Of a stretch of DNA of 64,000 nt, positions 12,601 to 25,212 are shown one piece after another; the stretch's first letter is position 1, and the number at the start of each line of letters is the position of its first letter. This stretch comes from Enoplolaimus lenunculus (Eukaryota). Position numbers and translations under genes: made by a program. Under the pieces are notes generated by a model, which saw nothing but the letters and a program-made list of their open reading frames with translations, was not told where the DNA came from and did not search any database. The stretch spans positions 310,001 through 374,000 of the forward strand of contig JASANG010000753.1 in the NCBI GenBank assembly GCA_030248215.1, written 5' to 3'.

Positions 12601-15600
12601 TTTGTGAACGTGCGTGTATTGGAATTGGACATTAAAGGTATTTCAAATTACTCTGTGAAGTAAAATTTAACGAAACTAAATCATGTTAAATTAAAATACA
12701 CGCAAACTATTTTGTTTCTAATTTACCCTATTTTCCGGAATTGAATCAGCCCTTTCCACACAGCAACATTCTTTAATGTGGATGATGCATTAGAGCTTGT
12801 CCACTTAAAACGGAAAAGCTTGTTGCGATTCATATACTTTCTCCACTTAAAACGGAAAAGCGTGTTTACATAATAGCGTTTTGATAAGTAGGCGATTCAT
12901 AGACTTTCTCCACTTAAAACGGAAAAGCTTGTTTACATAATAACATTTTAGTACGTAGGCGATTCATTTTAGAGTTTCCCCACTTAAAACGAAAAAGCGT
13001 GATTACACAATAGCGTTTTGATACACAGGCGATTCATTTCAGAGTTTCTCCACTTAAAACGAAAAAGTGTGAATACATAATAGCGTTTTGATACGCAGGC
13101 GATTCAGTTTAGAGTTTTCTCGTTAAAATGGAAAACTTGCTTACCTAATAGCGTTTTGATACGCAGGCGATTCATTTTAGAGTTTCTCCACATAAAACGG
13201 AAAAGCGTGTTTACGTAATAGCGTTTTTATACACAGGAGATTCATTTTATAGTTTCTAAACTTAAAGCGGAAAAGCTCGTTTACATAATAGCGTTCTGAT
13301 ACGCAGGCGGTCCATTTTAGAGTTTCTCCACTTAAAACGGAAAACTTGTTTACGTAATAGCGTTTTGATAAGTAGGCAATTCATAGAATTTCTCCACTTA
13401 AAACGGAAAAGCGTGATTACATAACAGGCGATTCATTTTAGAGTTTCTCCACATAAAACGGAAAAGCGTGTTTACGTAATAGCGTTTTTATACACAGGAG
13501 ATTCATTTTATAGTTTTTAAACTTAAGCTCGTTTACATAATAGCGTTTTGATACGCAGGCGGTCCATTTTAGAGTTTCTCCACTTAAAACGGAAAACTTG
13601 TTTACGTAATAGCGTTTTGATAAGTAGGCGATTCATAGAATTTCTCCACTTAAAACGGAAAAGCGTGATTACATAATAGCGTTTTGATACACAGGCGATT
13701 CATTTTAGAGTTTATCCGCTTAAAACGAAAAAGCGTGATTACATAATAGCGTTTTGATACGCAAGTGATTCATTTTAGAGCTTGTCCACTTAAAGCGGAA
13801 AAGCTTGTTGCGATTCATATACTTTCTCCACTTAAAACGGAAAAGCGTGTTTACATAATAGCGTTTTGATAAGTAGGCGATTCATAGACTTTCTCAACTT
13901 AAAACGGAAAAGCTTGTTTACATAATAACAGTTTAGTACGTAGGCGATTCATTTTAGAGTTTCTCCACTTAAAACGAAAAAGCGTGATTACACAATAGCG
14001 TTTTGATACACAGGCGATTCATTTCAGAGTTTCTCCACTTAAAACGAAAAAGCGTGAATACATAATAGCGTTTTGATATGCAGGCGATTCATTTTACAGT
14101 TTCTCCACTTAAAGCAGAAAACTTGTTTGCGTAATGGTGTTCTGATACGCAGGGATTCATTTTAGAGTTTGTCCACTTAGAACGGAAAAGCTTGTTGCGA
14201 TTCATATACTTTCTCCACTTAAAACGGAAAAGCGTGTTTACATAATAGCGTTTTGATAAGTAGGCGATTCATAGACTTTCTCCACTTAAAACGAAAAAGC
14301 TTGTTTACATAATAACATTTTAGTACGTAGGCGATTCATTTTAGAGTTTCCCCACTTAAAACGAAAAAGCGTGATTACACAATAGCGTTTTGATACACAG
14401 GCGATTCATTTCAGAGTTTCTCCACTTAAAACGAAAAAGTGTGAATACATAATAGCGTTTTGATACGCAGGCGATTCAGTTTAGAGTTTTCTCGTTAAAA
14501 TGGAAAACTTGCTTACCTAATAGCGTTTTGATACGCAGGCGATTCATTTTAGAGTTTCTCCACATAAAACGGAAAAGCGTGTTTACGTAATAGCGTTTTT
14601 ATACACAGGAGATTCATTTTATAGTTTCTAAACTTAAAACGGAAAAGCTCGTGTACATAATAGCGTTTTGATACGCAGGCGGTCCATTTTAGAGTTTCTC
14701 CACTTAAAACGGAAAACTTGTTTACGTAATAGCGTTTTGATAAGTAGGCGATTCATAGAATTTCTCCACTTAAAACGGAAAAGCGTGATTACATAACAGG
14801 CGATTCATTTTAGAGTTTCTCCACATAAAACGGAAAAGCGTGTTTACGTAATAGCGTTTTTATACACAGGAGATTCATTTTATAGTTTCTAAACTTAAAA
14901 CGGAAAAGCTCGTTTACATAATAGCGTTTTGATACGCAGGCGGTCCATTTTAGAGTTTCTCCACTTAAAACGGAAAACTTGTTTACGTAATAGCGTTTTG
15001 ATAAGTAGGCGATTCATAGAATTTCTCCACTTAAAACGGAAAAGCGTGATTACATAATAGCGTTTTGATACGCAAGTGATTCATTTTAGAGCTTGTCCAC
15101 TTAAAACGGAAAACCTTGTTGCGATTCATATACTTTCTCCACTTAAAACGGAAAAGCGTGTTTACATAATAGCGTTTTGATAAGTAGGCGATTCATAGAC
15201 TTTCTCAACTTAAAACGGAAAAGCTTGTTTACATAATAACAGTTTAGTACGTAGGCGATTCATTTTAGAGTTTCTCCACTTAAAACGAAAAAGCGTGATT
15301 ACACAATAGCGTTTTGATACGCAAGTGATTCATTTTAGATCTTGTCCACTTAAAACGGAAAAGCTTGTTGCGATTCATATACTTTCTCCACTTAAAACAG
15401 AAAAGCGTGTTTACATAATAGCGTTTTGATAAGTAGGCGATTCATAGAATTTCTCCACTTAAAACGGAAAAGCGTGATTACATAATAGCGTTTTGATACG
15501 CAAGTGATTCATTTTAGAGCTTGTCCACTTAAAACGGAAAAGCTTGTTGCGATTCATATACTTTCTCCACTTAAAACGGAAAAGCGTGTTTACATAATAG

Positions 15601-18600
15601 CGTTTTGATAAGTAGGCGATTCATAGAATTTCTCCACTTAAAACGGAAAAGCGTGATTACATAATAGCGTTTTGATACGCAAGTGATTCATTTTAGAGCT
15701 TGTCCACTTAAAACGGAAAAGCTTGTTGCGATTCATATACTTTCTCCACTTAAAACGGAAAAGCGTGTTTACATAATAGCGTTTTGATAAGTAGGCGATT
15801 CATAGACTTTCTCCCCTTAAAACGGAAAAGCTTGTTTACATAATAACAGTTTAGTACGTAGGCGATTCATTTTAGAGTTTCTCCACTTAAAACGAAAAAG
15901 CGTGATTACACAATAGCGTTTTGATACACAGGCGATTCATTTCAGAGTTTCTCCACTTAAAACGAAAAAGCGGCGAATACATAATAGCGTTTTGATATGC
16001 AGGCGATTCATTTTACAGTTTCTCCACTTAAAGCAGAAAACTTGTTTGCGTAATGGTGTTCTGATACGCAGGGATTCATTTTAGAGTTTGTCCACTTAAA
16101 ACGGAAAAGCTTGTTGCAATTCATATAGTTTCTCCACTTAAAACGGAAAAGCGTGCTTACATAATAGCGTTTTGATAAGTAGGCGATTCATAAAGATTCT
16201 CCACTTAAAACGGAAAAACGTGTTTACATAATAGGGTTTTGATAAGTAGGCAAATCATTTTACGGTTTCTTAACTTAAAACTTAAAAGCGCGTTTACCTA
16301 ATAGCGTTTTGATACGCATGCGATTCATTTAAGAGTTTCTAAACTTAAAGGTTCTAAACTGGTGGACTCATACAGTTGAGCACGTAAAAATTTGCACAAA
16401 AGTATGGTCCGTCGAATGATAAGCTTAACTTTATAAGTTTCAAAGCCTCCCAAATTCTAGCCTACTTGCGATACGTGTTAACCAGAGGTGGAACCTATCG
16501 AGAAATGGCCTTCGGGTCGAGCGAATGGCCGGCGTTTTTCAATTACCGTTTACTGCCTACATTATTTAGAATGTTGCAACTGTTGTGATCTAAGAGAAAT
16601 GATTTCAAAATCGTACGTACGTTTTAAACCGAAAACCACTACGATAGTTTTAACAACTACCACGCAATTTCGTTGTAAGAAATGCTATCAAGTACTCAAT
16701 TTTAATGAAAAACCATTTCATTTCAGCTGAATTTCATTGCAGTGCAAACATTATGCCATCAAAAACAAAATTGCCACTGGCCGAGCCGACTGTCCAACTA
16801 TGCAGTAAACACAAGCCACTGAGTTAATTTTTTGCCAAATATATACATTTCACTCACTTCTGAATACGACGCAAATAAAATTTGCTTTCAGCAACCAGCA
16901 CAATTCATCACCCATCCTTAATTTTTCATAAATACTTAGCTATTCAACTAAATAAATTTTAACGTAATTACTTAGCTAATTAAACAGTTTTTTTAATTAT
17001 TACCTTCGAGTAGATCCAGTCGCAGAAAACGTTAGAAAATCCGCTAAATCCATGAAATATTCCGCCTGCTGAAAAGTTGTTGGACGATAGCGTTTGAGCC
17101 ATTTCAATTTCGGCAATTGCATTTCTGGTGATACACTGCCACCGACTTGGTTCAGTCGTGGACGTTTGGTTGAATTAATCATTTCTGCTTCTGCCTGAAA
17201 GGAACAAAACTATGATAATTCCCAAACAACATCTATGACTACTTATAACGGTGTAAACGAATAGTAAAAATAACGCAAACGGATAGTGCTCCAAATATCG
17301 GAAACGGAAAACCGATATTTATATCCATGCACTGTAAATTCCAGTGAGTTGACTTTAACTCAGAATGAGTTGAATCACTCAGTCTGAGTTAGGACTTTCA
17401 GTAACAGTTGATTAATCAATTCATTGGAATTTGCAGTGTCTGTACTCGACGTTCTATTTTTCTACCAATCACAATTAAGGCAAGTATGTAACCTCTAGCG
17501 ACTGATGCTGACATTCTGGGTTAAAATCTGCTCCAAAAACTGGAGTTGTGAGTTAGGTTTTATATAACCTAATCAGAAATAAGGCGCAGCATTAAACCTT
17601 ATTTTGAACTGTTCAACTTCTGGATTTGGCAAAATTTTCGAACTCACCTTTGCCCGATGGTCCATCCACATAACGATATCATACTTTGAATCATCAGAAG
17701 CAGCTAGTTCACAGCCTAAAAATGCTACTAAAATATGATTATATAACTTAAAAAAAGCAATCGAATTCGACAAGAAAATTCCTTACGCTGGCAATACTAG
17801 AAACGCAAACTCTTCCGAATTAAAACGTGGTAGCAAATTTCTTTGCTAACCGTGCGCTTACAAAAAGTACTAATAGCTATGATTATCCCTTCACTAAATT
17901 AGAAACATAAATAGTGGAAATACGTCAATTTTATGGCCGTAATTTATGGATAAGGAAAAAATGGTTCTAAGTAGTGCCCCAATACGCCTCAGGAAGTCCC
18001 TAAAGGGGCCACACGATACCCTAAATGTTAAAATATCTACTCGTCTTGTGATCCCACCATCAATCGCATAAAAATATTTTTGTAAAACAAACCTTTAACC
18101 TGGAGGTCATAATTGGAATCCGACGGTTTTAATCCTGTAGCTACACTGTAAAAAATGGTGAGTCAAATTGACTCTCTCGGAAATAGGCTTTTCTTCACTA
18201 CGCAAACTGAGTCAAATTCGACTCGGCCAGAGTCAAACGTGCGACATACTGAATCGAATTTGACTCTGGTGGAGTCGAATTTGACTCAATTTGTGTATTC
18301 AGGAAAAGCCTATTTCCGAGAAAGTCAATTTGACTCCACATTTTTTGCACTGTATGCAATTGTATCGGTAGTAATCATTTTCTTTAGACTTAGGGCTTTC
18401 GATTAATATATTGTTTGAATAATTTGCTCAAATTTGTCAAATTACAAAACAGCTAATAGAAATTTTAATGTCATAAATGCGAGACTGACTATATTTGGCA
18501 TATTTTTCCTGTATATATAGATACATACCTGGTTTTCCAACAATAACCAATGAACACGTCGCATCAAATCCAATGCCTTTGACACATTTGGCGTCCAAAT

Positions 18601-19507
18601 TGTTTTGTTCGACCAAATTCGCAACCTAAAAGTAAATGAGTAAAAACGAATACCAACAAATACCAGAGTCAATTAAAACGATTAAAAACAGCCGAAATAG
18701 AAAGTAGACGACGAATATTTCATTGCACCATAAAACAGTCGAGAATACAGCCAAATGTTATATTTTCCTTCCTCAGAGGAATACTTTCCACCGTAATACG
18801 CTACTGTTACGACCCTAAAAGTAAACATTGGTCAAAACGCCGATGATTCGCCTGAAGTAAAGCCAAAAGGAACACTAAATTTTCATTCAAAATGAACATT
18901 TAACAACTTTTTTGCCTGAAACCCATATTTAAACGGTTCATTTTAATCAATTTGTATTTTTAAATTAAAATTATGAAAAACCGTAAAAAAATAGCCAATT
19001 GTAGATATAAATTCGGTCCAAAATCAGTTAAGTAAAGATTATCACTGTAAATTCCAGTGAGCTGATTAATCAACTCAGACAGCGAATCAGGCATTTCTCA
19101 TTGCTTCTGAGTTAAAAACAGTAAACATTAACTCGCTCTAAGTTGATTTAATTCCAGGTGAATTAATTAATTAACTCAGAATGAGTTCATTCAATTCAGA
19201 ATTCTGAGTTCTGAAAAACCAAATTCAGAGCTCACACTTTTGAGTGGATTCAAGTCTCATTCTGAGTTAAAATCAACTCACTGGAATTTACTGTGTATTA
19301 ATCACACGCTTTTACCGCTTTACAAACCGCTGACCATATCTCGACCGACGATTGTTCATAAAATTCGGGCCTATGATTTCTGACACCGACCGAAACGACC
19401 GCTGGCCCATAAACGACGCCATTTCTGCCCTGCAAATTAGTCCCAACCGCAATTGCCCGAACACTTCGTGATCCGACATCGACACCGATAAATATGTCTT
19501 CATTCAT
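3617..19507 (-). CDS. FGGY: FGGY-family carbohydrate kinase (FGGY / D-ribulokinase-like), 8 coding exons
   Basis: Exons 19316-19507, 18529-18625, 17648-17715, 17004-17194, 7344-7423, 6459-6575, 5027-5333, 3617-4211. All junctions are GT-AG and phase-compatible. Motifs: IGVDVGSRSVRA, GIGFDATCSLV, WMDHRA, SPEMQLPKLKWLK, SLCTVVCKW, LIDAHAG, GTSACHMA, GVWGPY, EGGQS, HVWPDYAGNRSP, CGGL, HADATG. Confidence 0.93.
5394..5580. mobile_element. TTAGGC-family MITE copy
   Basis: ggcaaatgta...tacatgcgcc flanked by 8-bp TSD aaatttta. Confidence 0.8.
7573..10582. repeat. ~70-bp satellite array, left block (FGGY intron 4)
   Basis: Tandem unit acttaaaacggaaaagcgtgtttacataatagcgttttgatacgcaggcgattcattttagagtttctcc with variants and deletions. 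Confidence 0.95.
10583..12764. mobile_element. ~2.2-kb non-coding insertion with degenerate terminal inverted repeats, splitting the satellite
   Basis: Begins gctgtgtgga (10583) and ends tccacacagc (12764). Further inverted matches: tgattcaattcc and aattccagtacacgc on the left versus ggaattgaatca and gcgtgtattggaatt on the right. No convincing ORF or TSD. Confidence 0.55.
12791..16348. repeat. ~70-bp satellite array, right block (FGGY intron 4)
   Basis: Same unit as 7573-10582. Variant monomers recur in order, indicating higher-order structure. Confidence 0.95.
19044..19295. mobile_element. Second CACTG MITE family (also 17330-17438, ~4338-4560, 49671-49929)
   Basis: cactgtaaattccagtgag...ctcactggaatttac(a/t)gtg inverted ends. 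Confidence 0.7.
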
Positions 19508-19700
19508 TTTTCTTTTATTCACAAGTAAACTAACTTTTTATTCTGTTTTAAAATTTTAATTTCCACTTTTCTACAATGGTCGGAATTCATGGTAAAAGTT
19601 TTCCCAGAGCCGGTCTAAGTACTTCCTGTCGCCAAGATAGACCCCTGGTTATGTTAAAATTTTACAGTGTCAGTCTAAATGCGTTTTGTATGCTTGATAC

Positions 19701-19843
19701 GGCCCACGTAACGATCAGGAGCGGAACGTTTTTCTATGGGACTAGAATAGAGTAAGCTTAAGCTTTAGACTAATTTTTGCTTGGCTTCGCCTTAGGAATA
19801 GTATGCTTATAATACTGTTCTGCCGTTGTGCTTTACACTGGCC
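19701..19843. mobile_element. TTAGGC-family MITE copy upstream of the FGGY start codon
   Basis: ggcccacgta...tacactggcc flanked by 8-bp TSD cttgatac. Confidence 0.82.
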
Positions 19844-22340
19844 CTTGATACGATTCCTACATTGGCAACTTCTTTACAACAAAGCTTGTGGGAGCCGGAG
19901 ATAAACTATTTTAGGTAGTAAACATTATATTAAACTTGATAACATGAAATTAGCAGAATTGTCAAAACATCGTTTTAAGCTGCGCTTTTGATAAATTTTG
20001 GCAATTAATGGGTCTAAAATTGCGTCAGAGGTACAGACAAACTCTACTGAGAGTGACACGATTTCATTAAAAATAACGACAAATGGTACTACCAGCAGTG
20101 GCGGTGTACGGCGTAATTGTCTCCCTCCGAAAAATTAAAAGAGTGCAATTTTCCTCCCGGAAAAATTACACCGGTCACCGCGTAAAGTCACGGCGTTTTT
20201 CCCACCTTTAATTTTACCACCCGGAAAAATTACACCAACCAGGGCGTAATTTTTCCCTCGTAAAAATGACACAGGTTGAATTTTTTACCTCCGGACATTT
20301 TATGAGATACAAAAATGAGATGTTTATAAATCTAAGTTATTCGCAATGATCAATCATAAAGGTCATTGATTCAGTTTTTCCATGATTTAATCAACATAAT
20401 CAAAATGAATTTGTGAAAGTTTCTGCAGGCATATATTTTTACCAGGCATCGATTAGATATCCGGTTACGGTTTTTAATATCCGGTAGAAAACAACATGTG
20501 TATACCGTTCCGGTATACGGTGTAAACCTATCGGAACCGCATCTTTGGGGTTGTGGTTTCAAACATCATAAAACTGCTTTTTACACGTCGAATCTATAAA
20601 TATATTTTGAAAACACTGCAATTCCGGGCAAATCCAGAGTGTACACTGACAAGAAATGAAAAATCCACGCCAACAGTTAATCGTAAAATTCATAAAAACA
20701 TATTTTTGCACTACTCAAATACTTTCAACAGTGTACAAATTTATATCATATATCTGGTTAACACCCGGCTCCGGTTCCGCTGCAAAATTGGTCAATACCT
20801 GATTGTTAGGAAATTAAATTAATTCATAGAGAAAACATTGAAGTTGAAGGAAATCTTGAAATGGTAGTTCTTTCGTCGGAGGAAAATTAAAGGAACTTTT
20901 ATACGCCGTAACTGGTGCAAAATTTTTTGGGAAAATTATCCTGCCTAGACCAATAGATCCTCAAATAAATAAATACAGCACAAACGCAAAAATGACTACA
21001 TTTAGGAAAATGCATGAATAGTTTTCAATGCCGATATATCAGTGTGTAACCGGATATCCGTTTCCGTTATAGAAATAACGTATAAATTGTAACCAAAATA
21101 ATGCCTTAACTGATATTGTTTGGTGCTCAACAAATAAAATACAAAATACTTTACTTCTACAAAAGCAGGCAACGATAAATGTTTAGGAGACCACCATAAT
21201 TATTCCCTCGACATGGAGAGGTACACTATATACCAGAGTCGGCAGAAAACGGCCCTTGCTCCAATAGAATTTCTGCCGGAAGTCCCGGCAATATCAATAG
21301 TAATTTTTTCTAATTTTGCAAAAATTGCATTGTTCGATGCGTTTTACCATAACTTTTGACACAATTTTGAGAAACAAATTGTCTGGATATCTAAACAAAT
21401 AAATCTGAAACCAAAAATTTTGACAACACTTTATAGATATTTGCTAAAATTAACAAATTAAACTTAAACATTATTTAACTTAAACTACATATAATTTCGC
21501 GTCACCTCCGGCTTCACTCTGGCTCTGGTGACTATCGTTCACCTCCGGCTCCGGTTTCGCTATTTTTCGCCTCTGGTTGCACCCTAAATTGTACAAACTA
21601 TTCTCTCGTACATAGTAAGACATTTACTAACCCAATTTGGTCCGCCAAATGCCGAACCTTACAAACAGTACGGTTGCAGCGAAAAGCCCAAACAAACAAG
21701 TAAACATACAATTTGAACCATGCAACAGCGGACACCACTAACTTTCTGTTTTACCTGCTATAATCCAGAGTAGGTTTGTTTGCCAGCATTTACAATCTTT
21801 GCCAGTTTTCCAACAACAATTAACGTTTGAACCAAATGTGTCGCTTCGCAATTATATTTCTAATCCATTGTAGCTGTTTAGTTATTTTCGCGTTCCATAT
21901 AATAAATCACCACACATACCGTAGAAATCACCATACTATAACCAGTTATCGAGTTAAACTCAAACTTGAATCCGTTTCCTACTGAGTACCGTTAATATAC
22001 GATGTGCAACTAATCGCAAACTGTTTTACGTGCAATCACAAAGTGCAATAATTACTCATATTTGTGCAGTGTAAAATCTTCACAAGACACGAGAGCCGCT
22101 TTGGTTGTGATCAAGCGTTAAGCTCCTGTTCCTATAGCGGACGAGTGATGTGGACTGGACCGCCTTCCAATCAAGAACTCGATTATTCGAATTCTACATT
22201 GGAAAAATGTATGAAATGCAACAAATACCACACAAAAAACGTTAAAAAATCAAACTAACAATTAAATTATTAAGCCATGTTTCCGAATTTAGTAAAACTA
22301 CTACGAATATAATCCAGCCTCGTATCAAATATGCGCCAGC

Positions 22341-22481
22341 CAAGGTGCAACCGGAATTTCGATTCCGATTAGTATTCCAATTCAAAACGAGTTCCTATTC
22401 CGATTCCGATTACAATTCCGGTATAAATTTGCTGTTCCGATAATACGATTCCGGTATAATCCAGTTCCGCTTTGCACCCTG
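22341..22481. mobile_element. hAT-like MITE with 8-bp TSD
   Basis: caaggtgcaa...ttgcaccctg flanked by gcgccagc. Confidence 0.75.
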
Positions 22482-25212
22482 GCGCCAGCTTTACACATCA
22501 GTACTATAAAACCTTCAATAATACTCCATATATATACAGCGCACAAACAACGAATAAGACACATCAATATCACCCAAAACAATACGTAAATACAGTTAAA
22601 ACAAGTAAAAACATACAAACAATCACGAAAAAAACTACAATACAATAAACCAATAATATTTCGTTCCTTTTTATGTGATGTCTTAATACACAGTGGCACC
22701 GAATCCACAATATCCGAACCGTAAATTTTTGCCGAATCCAAACCTTTGTTGCCACCCTGCTTAAATTCCTATTCGTTTATCGAACAGAAACCGTTCGGAT
22801 AACCTAAAATGGCAACCAACCAAAACGCAAAGCGATATCCTAAACACGAACCTAAAACATTTTGAAAACACACAAAATGTTTAGGGCAAACGGTTGACGA
22901 TGACTTTGTCTTCATACAATTTCTAGCCAGTAAGTCGGTTTTGAAAAGTTTAGCTACCGATAGCCAATATCCGTGGGGCCTCAATGATGACGCCCACAAC
23001 TTCGTTTTGGACCGTTCCGTAAACACGCATCGTCGCCCTAAACATGGTAACAGGCCCGACCAGTATAGAATTGCGCAATGTTTAATTCTTTGGTTCACAT
23101 GTTATCGAAACCCAAAGCGAACTGATGATAAAAGCAAGATGCTATTACGAACCACATTTGACAAAGCCGACACATAGCATACAGCCAGAATTTCAACTGT
23201 AGAAAATTCACTAATCTGACTTAACATTTTAAACCCGTCAGCATTCGAGGTGATACCAAATTTTACTAAGATAAAACTGACCGGAACGCAATGAATAAAC
23301 GCTAATAAGAACCGCAATGAATCAACGCGACAACAAAAAACTTTTACATAAAATTATAGTTGATGAGTTAGCAACTGGTTACCAGGCTGCAACTAGCGGA
23401 TATTTACGGTCGTGGTCTTGAATTTCAAAAAGGCTAATTTCAACAAGCGAACGGCTTTACCACCTTGGAGCGCTTGGATATTTGAGCAAGTCAAGAAGTT
23501 CAAGTTTTCATACACTGAAGTAAAAAAGAACAACATAAAATTTGCGCGACTCAAATATTTCAAACAATGCACAAATTTAGCTGCTACGTGTATCCCGTTA
23601 AAATCCGTTTCCGGTCACGGTATAACATTCACTACCCAGATATATCCCGTTGTTCCCTACTAGTGACTTAGTGTAACGCAATTAACTCATTAATTCCATT
23701 TTGAAATACACAATTAATTTATACTGCTGTGGTAATTTTTACAATCTCGTCTCATCGCTATTGACACATATCAAAATGTTACTTGGTTAATTAATGCATA
23801 TTATAGTACAGAAAGCCTAATTACAATAGCGTAAAAAATAAAATTATAAAAGCGAAACACCAAATACCAATCAAAATGCAATACCCAACTGGCAACGACA
23901 AAAATTGCAATCCAGTACATAACCACTGGCCAAAGTAGATTACGCTAAAACAAATAACCTAAAACCTACAACAAACGCCCATTTTCTCAAAAATGCATAG
24001 CACCTATCATCAGGTTGGCAATATAATCTTTAAATTTTTAAACAAATAAATATAAAAGTTCAACACTTACCAAACCTTTTGGATTTGAGATCTACCGTAT
24101 ACTACAACAACTGCGTTCATTTTGAGATCCACTAACTGCGCTAGCTCGTCAGCTTGAAAACCTATGCTTAACTGGTGATAGGTGCAATACCCAAGTATGG
24201 GCCATTAGCCCGATAAGCTGATCAAAATTAGCTTATCGTTACGTTCAAATTTAGGCAAAGTAACAAGAAAACCTTACATGCTCATCTACTGCGTTACGTT
24301 ATTTTCTCACAAAACAATCGAAAATCTTCTTTTCTTAGCCATGACATCAAATACTACAGCAGAATATTTCATAATTCTATTGCGAGGCATTCCATTTCAC
24401 CAGCTACTAATCTGTAAAACACAACCATACAGTTACATATAATATCAAAAGTTTGTTTACGTAATTCATAATTACAATGTACCGGAGTAAGAAATAAGTG
24501 AATTTCAATGAAACTCATACATAACTCAAACATAGATACAATGCTGTTTCAGCTGCAACACTATTCAGCAATCTTAATTCAAACAACGAATGCATGCAGG
24601 ATTTCATTTCAGGATATACCATTAATTGAATACTTTGACAGCGAGCAAAAACTGTTTTTGCCCTCCAAAAACCAGCAGGTAAGATAATTGTAAAAATATA
24701 AACGGTGCCTATTTCAAACATACTTCTAAAATATCGGGGTACAACATATTACCTGCGTAGAAACCTCGTACAATCACTGTATAGTTTGCTTTCATGCAAC
24801 ATCGACAAACATGGCAAGGAATAGGTATATGAAACATTCATGATTACGGTTGAACGCGGCACGCAGAAATCGCCACCAAACGCGGCTGCCACCGTTGTTG
24901 CTACAGCGGGCCATGTAAATCATCGAGGCCTGTCTACTAAATATAAGCCTAAACCTAAACCTAAATTTAAGCATACGCCTAAACATATGCCCAACACTAA
25001 TCACTAATCTTCCCAGTCATTAACAACCCCAGTTACCCTGTCTCACAGTAGACAGGCCCTCATACTTGGCGTGCACAGCTACATCCATCGTAAATCCAAT
25101 TCGACCAATATTCCACACCCCCTACAACCTGATTTCTTCACAACCCCGATTGAAACTTACTAAGCTTCCATCTCGACTGCAGCTGGTAAAGTTATTCTGG
25201 CCCAAGAGCAAT

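Noticed and set aside
10583..12764. Transposase gene within the satellite insertion
   Set aside because: Only a 70-aa ORF without DDE or other recognisable motifs is present.
22382..23317. Cluster of 60-119-aa ORFs between SHC and FGGY
   Set aside because: No recognisable motifs or coherent exon chain, and it partly overlaps a MITE. It may be UTR or intergenic.
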